A program made the translations under genes and the position numbers. 64,000 nt of DNA from an uncultured delta proteobacterium (GTDB lineage Bacteria; Myxococcota_A; UBA9160; UBA4427): assembly GCA_963822965.1 (NCBI GenBank), contig CAWGJT010000005.1, positions 96,001 through 160,000 of the forward strand. Reading direction: 5' to 3'. This document shows positions 23,108 to 33,700 of this stretch, in pieces. The stretch's first letter is position 1. Each line of letters begins with the position of its first letter. The notes beneath the pieces were generated by a model. It made no database searches and was not told where the DNA came from. It worked only from the letters and a program-made list of their open reading frames with translations.

Positions 23108-24383
23108 GTGGACATCCTGGCACGGACGACCCGACTCCATCCCGCGATCACGACCTGCCTCGCCCTCGCGTCGCTGCTGGCGACGGCCTGCGACCAGCCC
23201 GGCTGGATCCTGGCACCCGATGTCCGGAGCAGCGACGTGGACGTGGCGGTCGCCCTCGGCGACACGGCGGTGCAGAGCACCCACACGCTCGCGGCCGAGG
23301 ACATTCCGGTGCTCGCGTACCCGAAATCCCTGCGGCCGTGCTGCGCCTTCGGCGCGAACCTCAAGGTCGCGGTCGGCCGCATCCCAGTGCCCGGCGTGGA
23401 GCTCGCGAACCTCGTGGACCTCGACACCATCGGCCCGCATCGCTACGACAACGGCTACCTCTCGATCCGGGCGAACGATCCGCGTGGCTTCGTGGACAGC
23501 GAGTCGAACGGGCTGGTCTATACCTGCCGGGGCGGCTTCGTGGATACGGCCCACGTGCGTGACAACGCCGACAACACCGTCGCCCTGGCCTTCGCAATGG
23601 CCCGGATGCTCGAGACCGGCGGCAGCTTCACCGTACCACCCCAGGGCGCGGTCATGACGATCCACCTGCGCCCCATCTCGCCGGAGGCGATCGCGCGGCT
23701 CGGTCGACCGCAGATCGCGATCGCCCTGGCGCAGTAGCTCGCCTACCAGCTTTCCGTCTGGCACGAGATCGCGACCTACTACGGCTACGCGTCCCTGGCG
23801 GACTGGCCGTCGCTCGGCCTTCTCGCCGGAGGACCTCTACTCCAACGAGCTCGGCGCACGCCTGGCCGGCGGCATCGTGCTGGGCCGGGGCGCCCACACC
23901 GACGTCGAGTACGGGCTCTCCATGGACGCCTGGATCCGGAGGATGCTGATCCGCCTCCACGCCCTCCCGCTCGAGGGGTCGCAGGCCGCCGCCGCGGCCG
24001 TGGACGGCGCCTGGTTCGACTCACAGCGGCGCATTCCGGACTGGAAGCTCGTGTTGCGCCGGAACTTCGACACCGGCCCGCTGCTGCGGCCCTGGCGCCT
24101 CGAGGACGCCAGCGACGGCGCCCGCGGCGCGGTCGAGCCGCTGCGCGCCTGCCAGGACGCCGGGCCGCCCCTGGTGCTGCGCGTCGAGGAGGGCTTCGCG
24201 GGGGCGCTCTTCGAGGACTACGCGACGGTCGAGTTCGCGGTGAACGACCTGCTCGCCCAGAACGGGTTCCCGTTCCCGCGACCCGACGATCATGGGGTCG
24301 CCCAGAAGGACTTCCCGTTCATCGTCGCCCGGACCCGGGCCGCGACCATCGCCGAGATGGGGCCGGGATCGGACGCGCCCTGA
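23108..24383 (+). pseudogene. DUF4056-like lipoprotein, interrupted
   Basis: Lipobox ATAC, LRPCCAFG, NGLVYTCRGGFVDTAHVRD and SAFSPEDLYSN motifs; in-frame TAG at 23735-23737 plus a frameshift near 23810. Confidence 0.7.
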
Positions 24384-24456
24384 CGAAGGCCGGCGGCCGC
24401 CTCGATCGGACGGCCCCAGGACGCAGGGGCGACGCTCGGGGCGGCGGGGCACGGCT

Positions 24457-25662
24457 ATGCTCGAAGCCGTGCGGATCCGACCCATGCTGGCGGCGGTTGG
24501 CCTCGTCGCGGGGCTCGCGCGTGCCGGTCCCGCGTCCGGCCAGCCCGTCCCCGACGCCGAGTTCCTGGGGCTCGGGTTCCTTCCCGGGACCCCCCAGGAG
24601 AGCGTGGCGTTCGACCTGTCGGCAGACGGGCTCGTCGCGGTCGGCGAGAGCCAGCGGCAGGGCTGGCGTTGGACGAAGGCCGACGGGATGCAGGGGCTGG
24701 GCTTCCTCCCCGGCCAGTCCACGAGCACGGCGGCGAGCGTCTCCGCCGACGGCGCGTTCGTCGGCGGCTGGAGCGGCGACGACGCGTTCCGTTGGTCCAT
24801 CGCGGGCTTCGTGCCGGTGGCCGCCGGCATCGCCGGGCAGGTGCTGGTCGTCGCCATCTCGGAGGACGGCGAGACGATCGTCGGGGACCACCTCGATCTC
24901 GATGCCTTCGAGGGAATCTCCTGGCGGTGGCGGTCCGACACCGGCATCGACACGTCCTTCCACTTCCCCATCGAGAGCGTGTTCAGCTTCCTGAGCACGT
25001 CGGCGGATGGCGAGATCGTCGCCGGCGCCGGTGGCGTCCCGGACGACACGGATCCGTTCCTCTACACGGACGCCGGAACGACCTGGCTGCCATCGCTCGT
25101 GCCGACGGGATCGACGTGCCAGTGCGGAACCCGGCCGTACGGCATCTCCGGAGACGGCTCCGTCGTCGTCGGCTTCAGCCGTGGGGAGGCCTTCCGTTGG
25201 ACCACGGCCGAAGGCACCCTGGGACTCGGCTTCGTGTTCGACGACCTCCCCCACGACGTGGATGCCCAGCTCTCCACCGCGCGCGACGTGTCGGCCGACG
25301 GCTCCGTGGTCGTCGGCGGAGGAGAGGCGGGGAGCGCCGCGAACCGGGCCTTCGTGTGGACCCCGGACACGGGCATCCGCGACCTGCGAGAGGTGCTGGT
25401 GCTCCTCGGCCTCGATCTCGACGGCTGGCAGCTCACGGACGCGGTCGCCGTGTCGGCCGACGGCAGGACGATACTGGGCAACGGCGTGGGGCCTTCGGGA
25501 AGCCCGGAGGCATGGATCGCGGTGGTGCCGACGATCCCGGCGCCCGAGCCAGCCCTCCCGGTCCTGAACCCGGGGGCGCTCACCGTCCTCGCCATCCTGC
25601 TGCTCCTCTGCGGTCGGCAGGGGAGCCGGGGGCCACCGCGCAGGGCCGATGTCGGGCGCTGA
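24457..25662 (+). CDS. Secreted HAF-repeat protein with exosortase-type C-terminal tail
   Basis: Signal peptide, repeated S.DG.VVVG..AFRWT...G...LGF units, tail PEPALPVLNPGALTVLAILLLLCGRQ. Confidence 0.8.
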   Translation: MLEAVRIRPMLAAVGLVAGLARAGPASGQPVPDAEFLGLGFLPGTPQESVAFDLSADGLVAVGESQRQGWRWTKADGMQGLGFLPGQSTSTAASVSADGAFVGGWSGDDAFRWSIAGFVPVAAGIAGQVLVVAISEDGETIVGDHLDLDAFEGISWRWRSDTGIDTSFHFPIESVFSFLSTSADGEIVAGAGGVPDDTDPFLYTDAGTTWLPSLVPTGSTCQCGTRPYGISGDGSVVVGFSRGEAFRWTTAEGTLGLGFVFDDLPHDVDAQLSTARDVSADGSVVVGGGEAGSAANRAFVWTPDTGIRDLREVLVLLGLDLDGWQLTDAVAVSADGRTILGNGVGPSGSPEAWIAVVPTIPAPEPALPVLNPGALTVLAILLLLCGRQGSRGPPRRADVGR

Positions 25663-25688
25663 GGACACCCTCGAAGCCCTTGCCGTCG

Positions 25689-26921
25689 TCAGCGTTCGCC
25701 GCGCTTGATCTGGGTGGTGAGGGCGGCGCGCTCGGCGGGGCCCTGGCTGGCGCGGGTGACGGCGGTGCTCCCGAAACGGTCGGCGATCTCGTCGAGGGCG
25801 CGGTTCAGCTGGCTGCGCTTCTCGCTGACGGGCTCCGCGAAGAGCGGCAGCTGAGACGGCCGCTCGCCGATCACGTTGGTGCAGCCCACCCCGATGAGGC
25901 GGATGGGCTCGGTGAGAGCGGCGCGGGCGAGCAGGTCGCGCGCCTCGCGCGCAATGCGGTCGCCGTCGTCCGTGGGCTCGAGGAGCGTGACGCGCCGGGT
26001 GTGCAACGGATAGCCGCGCGGCCCGGGCGCCGCCCGGCGGGCCTCCTTCCACTTGAGGAACACCGTGCGCGCCCGCACGCCGTCCCGGCGCAGCCGGCGG
26101 GCCACCGACTCGGCGTGGGTGAGAATCGTGGCCACGAGCACCTCGCGGTCGGAGATGTCGCTCGCGAAGGTGTTCTCCTCGCTGTAGGAGACGGCGTCGC
26201 GGTAGGGCTCGATCTCGCGCACGTCGCCGCCGCGCGCGAGCCGTGCGACGTCGACGCCCCAGTCGCCCAGGCGAGCGTGCAGGCGGCGCTCGTCGGCCCG
26301 AGCGAGGTCGCCCAGGGTGCGGAAGCCGGCGGCGACGAGGCGCGACTCCGCGACGGCACCCACGCCCCAGATCGCCCGTACCGGCAGCGGCTCGAGGAAC
26401 GAGCGCACCTCTTCGGGCTTCACCTCCCGCAGGCCGTCGGGCTTGGCGGCGCCGCTCGCGATCTTGGCCACCATCTTGACGGGCCCGATGCCCACGCTGA
26501 TGGGCAGGTCGAGCTCTTCGCGCACCCGCCTTCGCAGGCGCTCGCCCACCTCGCGCGGGGGGCCCAGCAGGCGTTCGCTGCCCGTGAGATCGAGGAACGC
26601 CTCGTCGAGGGAGAGCCCCTCCACCGACGGCGAGAAGTCGTGGAAGATCTCGAACACCCGCCGCGACTCCTGCGAGTAGACCGCCATGTCGCCGTGGACG
26701 AACACGAGGTCGGGGCAGAGGCGGCGGGCCTCGAAGGAGGGCATCGCCGAGTGGACGCCGAAGCGGCGCGCCTCGTAGCTCGCGGCGGCCACCACGCCGC
26801 GGAGCCCCGCGCCGCCCACCACGATGGGCAGCCCCTGCAGCTCCGGGTGGTCGCGTTGCTCGACGGACGCGTAGAAGGCGTCCATGTCGGCGTGCAGGAT
26901 CACGCGGGGCCGGTCGCTCAT
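25689..26921 (-). CDS. dinB: DNA polymerase IV
   Basis: ILHADMDAFYASVE, SYEARRFGV, SLDEAFLD and AKPDG motifs. Confidence 0.96.
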   Translation of the reverse strand: MSDRPRVILHADMDAFYASVEQRDHPELQGLPIVVGGAGLRGVVAAASYEARRFGVHSAMPSFEARRLCPDLVFVHGDMAVYSQESRRVFEIFHDFSPSVEGLSLDEAFLDLTGSERLLGPPREVGERLRRRVREELDLPISVGIGPVKMVAKIASGAAKPDGLREVKPEEVRSFLEPLPVRAIWGVGAVAESRLVAAGFRTLGDLARADERRLHARLGDWGVDVARLARGGDVREIEPYRDAVSYSEENTFASDISDREVLVATILTHAESVARRLRRDGVRARTVFLKWKEARRAAPGPRGYPLHTRRVTLLEPTDDGDRIAREARDLLARAALTEPIRLIGVGCTNVIGERPSQLPLFAEPVSEKRSQLNRALDEIADRFGSTAVTRASQGPAERAALTTQIKRGER

Positions 26922-26998
26922 GGCCCGAGTCTACCGCCAGGAGGGCCCTGGGACCGGACACGTTGCCACGGAGCCCGGACGTGCCACACTGGCCAGCC

Positions 26999-27955
26999 AT
27001 GTCGAGGAAGGTGTTCATCGACGGCCACGCGGGCACCACGGGCCTGCGCATCCGGGACTGGCTCGCCGGCCGGGACGACCTCGATCTGCTCGAGATCGAC
27101 GAGGCCCGGCGCAAGGACCCGGACGCCCGGCGCGAGTGCCTCGAGGCGGCGGACGTGGCGGTGCTGTGCCTCCCCGACGACGCCTCGGCCCAGGCCGCCG
27201 CCTGGCTCGAGGGAGGCGACACGCGGCTCCTCGACGCCAGCACCGCCCACCGGGTGACCGCGGGCTGGACCTACGGCCTGCCGGAGCTGGGCGCCGATCA
27301 GCGGGAAGCGATCGCGGCCGCGCCGCGCGTCTCCAACCCCGGCTGCTATCCGTCGGCGCTGATCCTGGCCCTGCGACCGCTGGTGGACGCGGGCCTCGTG
27401 CCGCGCGCGACGCCCATCACCGTGCACGCCCTCTCGGGCTACACCGGCGGCGGTCGACAGAAGATCGAGCGCTGGCAGGACCCCGAGCAGGGGCTCGTCG
27501 CCCTGCCCTACGAGGCCCCCTACGCGCTGGCGGCCCGGCACAAGCACATCCCCGAGATGACGGCGTACTGCCGGCTCGCCCACGAGCCCCAGTTCGTGCC
27601 CGCGGTCGGCCCCTTCGCGTGCGGCATGCGGGTGGAGGTGCCCCTCCACGCCGCGCTGCTGCCGCGGGAGGCCTCCGCGAAGTCCATCTGGGAAACGCTC
27701 GCCGAGCGCTATGCGGAGGAGCGCTTCGTGCGGGTGCGCCCGCTGCTCGAGCCGCGCGACTACGACGAGCTCACCCTCGACCCGCGGGCCTGCAACGACA
27801 CCAACCGCATCGAGCTGCAGGTGATCGGCCACGAGAGCGGGCACGTGCTGCTCGTCGCCATCCTCGACAATCTCGGCAAGGGAGCGGCCGGCGTGGCGAT
27901 CCAGAACCTGAACCGGATGCTCGGGCTGCCCGAGGAGACCGGGCTGCCGGCCTGA
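26999..27955 (+). CDS. argC: N-acetyl-gamma-glutamyl-phosphate reductase (type 2)
   Basis: VFIDGHAGTTGL, DASTAHR, NPGCY and DNLGKGAAG motifs. Confidence 0.94.
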   Translation: MSRKVFIDGHAGTTGLRIRDWLAGRDDLDLLEIDEARRKDPDARRECLEAADVAVLCLPDDASAQAAAWLEGGDTRLLDASTAHRVTAGWTYGLPELGADQREAIAAAPRVSNPGCYPSALILALRPLVDAGLVPRATPITVHALSGYTGGGRQKIERWQDPEQGLVALPYEAPYALAARHKHIPEMTAYCRLAHEPQFVPAVGPFACGMRVEVPLHAALLPREASAKSIWETLAERYAEERFVRVRPLLEPRDYDELTLDPRACNDTNRIELQVIGHESGHVLLVAILDNLGKGAAGVAIQNLNRMLGLPEETGLPA

Positions 27956-27989
27956 GCGGCGGCCTCGCGGGTCGTCCCGCGCGGGCGCT

Positions 27990-28712
27990 TCAGAGTGACT
28001 CGCCGGCTCCCGCGAAGTACCAGTCCAGCGCCTCCTGGTGGAAGCTGCCCGAAGGCCAGTGGCGACCGCCCTCGTCGACCGAGAACGTGACGTCGAAGCC
28101 CGCCTCCAGCAGGCGGTCGCGCATGGGCAACGCCACCTGCTGGAAGTCGAACAGCTCGTCGTGGGTGCCGTACTCCAGGTAGATGCGCGGCCGGGGCTCG
28201 GGGGCGTCGCGCCGGAAGCGCTCCGCCGCCGCGCGATCGACCACCAGGAAGCCCGCCGCCCACACCATCAGCGCGCTGAAGAACGACGCGTTCGAGAGCC
28301 CCACCGACAGCCCGTAGCTCGCGCCGTCGGAGTAGCCGATCAGTGCCTGCTGCAGGGGATCGATGGGGTAGCGGCGGTAGACGAGGTCGTAGGCGTACTC
28401 GAGGAAGTCGAGATCCGGCCGCCCCTGGCTGGCGATGAGGTCCCACGTGGGCTCCACCGACCGCGGCACCAGGAAGAAGGCCTGGCGCCGGTTCGGCTCG
28501 TCGCGGAACGTCCGCACGAGCATCTCGTCCTGACGACCCGCTCCGTGCAGCACCGTGAAGAGCGGATAGCGGCGCAAGGGGTCGATCTCGTCCGGGGTCA
28601 GCAGCACCGCGCGCGAGGCGCCCTGCTCGAGCCGGACGAAGCCGGTGGGCGACGGCTCGTCGCGGGGCTCGACGGGCTTGTAGGTGACGCGCAGCTCCAG
28701 GCTGTCGCTCAT
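27990..28712 (-). CDS. Phospholipase/carboxylesterase (alpha/beta hydrolase)
   Basis: LHGAG, TWD, GYSDGASY nucleophile elbow, G..D and GRH triad residues. Confidence 0.82.
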   Translation of the reverse strand: MSDSLELRVTYKPVEPRDEPSPTGFVRLEQGASRAVLLTPDEIDPLRRYPLFTVLHGAGRQDEMLVRTFRDEPNRRQAFFLVPRSVEPTWDLIASQGRPDLDFLEYAYDLVYRRYPIDPLQQALIGYSDGASYGLSVGLSNASFFSALMVWAAGFLVVDRAAAERFRRDAPEPRPRIYLEYGTHDELFDFQQVALPMRDRLLEAGFDVTFSVDEGGRHWPSGSFHQEALDWYFAGAGESL

Positions 28713-28771
28713 GCCGCGAGTCTATCCCGACCGCGCGCCGGGCCGCAGGCGCGAGGCGCCGCGAAGGCCGG

Positions 28772-30142
28772 TCAGGGCTCGTGGCAGAGCCGGGACTGGA
28801 TGCTCGAGAGTCCGGTGTCGTCGAGGCTCTGGACCACCCGCGACGCGGCCTGCATGCCGCTCGTGAGCGCGCCTTCCACCGTGGGGCCGATCAGGTAGTC
28901 GCCGGCGAACGCGAGCCGCGGCGACCGGTCGATGCGCACCTGGAAGTGCTCCAGGCGCGACAGGGCACCGCGCGGGAAGATCGGCCGGGCGTGGGCCCAA
29001 CGGTGCACGACACTGTGGTGTGGCTCGAGGCGGCCGAGGGGGGTGCGGGCCAGGGCGTCCAGGGTCCAGCCGGCGATCTCCTCGTCCTTCGCCTGGGCGA
29101 GGCGCCGGATGGGCTCGTCGCCCAGATGCGCCGTGAGCAGCCCGGCGCCCGGCGGCGCCGCGCCGACCTCCCGGTGCGACTGGAACAGCGCCCGCAGCCC
29201 GGTTCCTTCGCTGCGCGCGAACGCGGTGCCGAAGGGCAGACCCCGGGGCGGCTGGTCCAGCAGGAAGTCCACCTGGATGCCGGGCGCGTAGGTCACCGAC
29301 CCGAAGAACGAGCGCTCGTCGCCGGTGAGGCCGGCGCACAGCTGGGGAACCACCGGGCCCGGCACCGCCATCACCACGGCATCCGCCAGGAAGCTCCGCT
29401 CCCGGCCGTTGCCGCGATAGCGCACACGGGCGCCACCCCGGGCCGTCTCCACCGAGAACACCTCGCAGCCCGTGCGGACCGCCACCGTGCGAGCCAGCTC
29501 CTCGGAGAGGGTCGCGAGCCCGCCCTCGAAGGTGATCGGCGCCGCACCCAGCGCCAGGGAACGCAGGCAGAGCAGGAAGAACGCGGACGACATGTCCTGG
29601 GGCTCGCAGCCGTAGAGGGCGGAGCAGATCGGTGCCAGCAGGCGGTCCCGGGCCGCCTCTCCCGCGATCCGAGCGGCGAAGCCCGGCATGCGCTCGCCGT
29701 TCTCGAGCCGCGCCGCGCGTTCGGGCTGCACCGGGTCCAGCCGATCGCGCCGCCGGAACACCTCCGCGGCCAGCCGCCCCAGCCGCAGGCGAGCGCCGGC
29801 CGGCAGCAGGTGCGAACGCAGGGCGGCGAGTCCCGGGGCCAGCGTGCAGGGCTCGAGCTTGCCGCCGTACAGCACGGCCCCGGGCACGGAGCCCCCCGGC
29901 TCGAGCTCCAGCCTTCGCGCGCCGAGACCCAGGGCGTTCGCGACGCTCACGACGTTGCGCTGGCCGTCGGTGACGAAGGACGCGCCGGCCTGCACGCGAT
30001 AGTCGCCGTGGGGCTCCGCGCGCAGCCGCCCGCCGATCGCCTGGGACTGCTCCAGCACCTCGACGTCGTGGCCGGCCCGCTTCAGGCGCCACGCGCAGAC
30101 GAGGCCGGACACCCCGGCACCGACCACCACGATGCCCGCCAT
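28772..30142 (-). CDS. Flavin amine oxidase / protoporphyrinogen oxidase-like oxidoreductase
   Basis: VVGAGVSGL, GGR and FAGDYL...VEGAL.SG motifs. Confidence 0.75.
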   Translation of the reverse strand: MAGIVVVGAGVSGLVCAWRLKRAGHDVEVLEQSQAIGGRLRAEPHGDYRVQAGASFVTDGQRNVVSVANALGLGARRLELEPGGSVPGAVLYGGKLEPCTLAPGLAALRSHLLPAGARLRLGRLAAEVFRRRDRLDPVQPERAARLENGERMPGFAARIAGEAARDRLLAPICSALYGCEPQDMSSAFFLLCLRSLALGAAPITFEGGLATLSEELARTVAVRTGCEVFSVETARGGARVRYRGNGRERSFLADAVVMAVPGPVVPQLCAGLTGDERSFFGSVTYAPGIQVDFLLDQPPRGLPFGTAFARSEGTGLRALFQSHREVGAAPPGAGLLTAHLGDEPIRRLAQAKDEEIAGWTLDALARTPLGRLEPHHSVVHRWAHARPIFPRGALSRLEHFQVRIDRSPRLAFAGDYLIGPTVEGALTSGMQAASRVVQSLDDTGLSSIQSRLCHEP

Positions 30143-30576
30143 CAGGCGGTCCCTCCGGACCCGGGCCCGGGGGCGCCTTCTTGGGGCGCGTCGATCAGCT
30201 GGCGCACGGCGCGATGCGCCTCTCTGGGCGAGAAGGGCTTGCGCAGGAAGACACCCCCCAGAGCCTCCAGCCGCCGTCGCAGGGCCGGCGGAAGCTCGTC
30301 TCCGCTGGTGAGAACCACGCGCAGATCCTCGCGCATGCGAAGCAATCTCGAAAGCAGGGGCTCGACGCCCTCGGGCGGCAGCACCACGTCGAGGACGACC
30401 GCGGCGATCTCGTCCCGGTGGAGCCCGAAGAGCCGCTCCGCCTCGGCCGCTGTGCCGGCGGACAGCACCCGGAAGCCGCTCCGGCGAAAGACGCGCTCGA
30501 GCAGGCGCAGGAGCTGGGCCTCATCGTCGACGACGAGCAGGCTGCGGGGCTCGGCGGTGGGAGGGACCGGGGTCAT
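30142..30576 (-). CDS. Single-domain response regulator receiver
   Basis: LVVDDE, VLDVVLP, LTSG and FLRKPF motifs. Confidence 0.88.
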   Translation of the reverse strand: MTPVPPTAEPRSLLVVDDEAQLLRLLERVFRRSGFRVLSAGTAAEAERLFGLHRDEIAAVVLDVVLPPEGVEPLLSRLLRMREDLRVVLTSGDELPPALRRRLEALGGVFLRKPFSPREAHRAVRQLIDAPQEGAPGPGSGGTA

Positions 30577-30698
30577 GGAGGGAGTCTAGGTCCACCCGGG
30601 TCCCGCCCCGGCGGAAACCCTCGAGTTCACTATCGAAGTTCCACGGCGGGCCCATTGATGAAACGATGTCTTCACCATTCCGACCCGCGAGATCCCGC

Positions 30699-30727
30699 TT
30701 GACGGTTGGCGAAAACAAGACGAAAGT
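30699..30727 (+). promoter_or_regulatory. dnaE2 promoter with candidate operator CGAA-N7-CGAAA
   Basis: TTGACG-17nt-GAAAGT, 6 nt before GTG; matches the imuA promoter. Confidence 0.7.
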
Positions 30728-30733
30728 GGTCGA

Positions 30734-33700
30734 GTGAGCACCCCCCTCACCCGCTCCGAGCGCTCCGCGTACGTCGAGCTGCGAGCCCGCAGCTCGTTCT
30801 CGTTCCTCGAAGGCGCCTCGAACCCCGAGGATCTCGCCACCCGGGCGGCCGAGCTGGGCTTCTCCGCCCTGGCGGTCGGCGACCGCGACGGGGTCTACGG
30901 GATTCCGCGCTTCCACCAGGCGGCCGTACAGGCGGGGGTGCGCGCGATCCACGGCGCCGAGATCAGCCTGGACGTCGGCCCGACCCGAGAGAGCGGCAGG
31001 CCGGCAGGCGCGCACCGCTTCACCGCCGGAGAGCGCCCGCCTTCCGCCGCCGGAGATCGCCCGCCTTCCGCCGCCGGAGATCGCCCGCCTTCCGCCGCCG
31101 GACAACGCCTGCCCTCCCTGCTGCTGCTCGCGGAATCTCCCGCCGGCTGGCGCAGCCTGTGCCGGCTGCTCACCCGGGCGCACGAGGGCCGCGCCAAGGA
31201 CGAGGCGAGGCTCGACTTCGAGCAGCTCGAGGAGGAGGCCCGCGATCTCACGGTGCTCGTCGCCGCGGACGAGCGTCTCGACCCGGCGCTGCTCGACCGC
31301 ACGCTCGCGGTCTTCGGCCGGGCAGGACGCAGCGACGAGCGGGTGTGGGTGGACGTCTCGCGACCCCTCGACCGGGGCAGCGAGCGCGCGGCGCGTCGAG
31401 CCGTCGCCATCGCCGAGGCCGCCGGGGTGCCGATCGTCGCCACGGGCGACGTGCGCTGCGCCCGGGCCGAGGACCGCAAGCTCCTCGACGCCCTCACCTG
31501 CCTCTACTGGCGCACCACCCTGGACGCGGCGGGGCGCCGGCTGCTGCCCAACGGCGAGCACTACCTGCGCCCTCCCGAGCAGATGGCCGAGCGCTTCCGC
31601 GACCGGCCCGCGTGGGTGCGCGCCAGCCGCACCATCGCCGATCGCTGCGCGTTCACCCTCGCGAACCTGGGCTACCGCTTCCCCGAGTACCCGGTACCTC
31701 CCGGCGAGACCCAGGCCTCGTTCCTGCGCAAGCTCACCTGGATCGGGGCGCGCGAACGCTACGACCGCGCGCGCGGGTCCTTGCGCCGGCGTGTTCGCGC
31801 ACAGCTCGAGCACGAGCTCGCAGTGATCGAGAAGCTCGATCTCTCCGGCTACTTCCTGATCGTCTACGACATCACCCGATTCGCCCTCGAGGAGCGGATG
31901 CTGTGCCAGGGACGCGGCTCCGCGGCCAACAGCGCCGTCTGCTATGCGCTCGGGATCACGGCGGTCGATCCGGTGGGAATGGAGCTGCTCTTCGAGCGCT
32001 TCCTGTCGGAGGAGCGCGGCGAGTGGCCCGACATCGATCTCGACCTGCCCTCGGGCGACCCGCGCGATCGGGTCATCCAGTACGTCTTCGAGAAGTACGG
32101 CCGGCACGGCGCCGCCATGACCGCCAACGTCATCACCTACCGGGCGCGCATGGCGGTGCGCGAGATGGGCAAGGTGCTGGGCCTCGCCCCCGACGCCATC
32201 GACCGGCTCTCGAAGGGGCTGGCCCAATTCTCCTTCGGCCGCGACCCCGGCTCCTTCCGCCGCGACGACCCCGAGAGCCTACCGGCCGCCCTGCGCGAAT
32301 CCGGGGTGGACCCCACGGCGCCCCGGATCGCCCTGCTGCTCGAGCTGGTCTCGCGCATCCAGGGCCTGCCCCGGCACCTGGGGCAGCACAGCGGCGGCGT
32401 GGTGATCGCGGCGGGGCGTCTCGACGAGGTGGTCCCCATCGAGCCCGCCAGCATGGTGGACCGCCGCGTCGTGCAGTGGGACAAGGAGGACTGCGCGGAC
32501 CTCGGAATCATCAAGATCGACCTGCTCGGGCTCGGCATGCTCGACGCCCTCGAGAAGTGCATCCCGCTCATCGAGCGGCACGAGGGCCGGACGATCGATC
32601 TCGCCCAGCTGCCGCCGGACGACCCCGACACCTACGCGATGATCCAGCGCGCCGACACGGTGGGCACGTTCCAGATCGAGAGCCGGGCGCAGATGGCGAC
32701 GCTCCCCCGCATGAAGCCCGCGTGCTTCTACGACCTGGTGGTGGAGATCGCGATCATCCGGCCCGGACCGATCGTCGGCGAGATGGTGCATCCCTACCTG
32801 AACCGGCGGGCCGGTCGCGAGGCGGTCACGTATCCGCACCCGAGCCTCGAGCCCATCCTGAAGCGCACCCTGGGCGTGCCCATCTTCCAGGAGCAGATCC
32901 TGCGGATCGCCATGGAGGCGGCGGGCTTCAGCGGCGGCGAGGCGGAGGAGCTGCGGCGCGCCATGGGCTTCAAGCGCTCCATCGCGCGCATGCAGGGAAT
33001 CGAGGACCGGCTGCGCGAGGGCATGCAGCGCAAGGGGCTCACCCCCGAGGCCCGGGAAGCGGTGCACCGCTACATCACCGCCTTCGCCCTCTACGGCTTC
33101 CCCGAGAGCCACTCGGCCTCGTTCGCGCTGATCGCCTACGCGTCCGCCTACCTCAAGTGCCACCATCCCGCGGCGTTCCTGGCCGGGCTGCTGAACGCCT
33201 GGCCCATGGGCTTCTACAACCCGGCCACCCTGGTGAAGGACGCCCAGCGGCACGGGGTCGAGGTGCGCGGCATCGACGTGTCCGGCTCGGAGTGGCTGTG
33301 CACCCTGGAGGGCCGGCGGGAGGACGGACGTCCGCCGGCGGTGCGCATCGGGCTGCGCTTCGCAGCCGGCCTGCGGGAGCAGACGGCGGCCGCGCTCGTC
33401 GCCCAGCGGAGCCGGTGCCCGTTCCGGGACGTCGCGGATCTCGCCGGGCGGGTGACGTTCCACCGGGACGAGCTGGACACCCTGGCCGAGCTGGGCGCGC
33501 TGGCGTCGCTCTTGCCGGACGGCTCCCGGCGGTCGTCCGGCGGCTCCCGGCGGGACGCGCTGTGGCAGGTGGCGGCCCTCGAGCGCGACCCCCGCTCGCT
33601 CTTCGCCGGCCGGCCGGCGGCCGGCGACACGGCGGCGTCTCCCCTGCCGCCCACGACGCCCCTCGAGGACACCCTGGCGGACTATCGTCTCGCCGGGCTC

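Noticed and set aside
31018..31117. Possible CRISPR array
   Set aside because: Units are contiguous with no spacers, in frame within dnaE2, and no cas genes are present.
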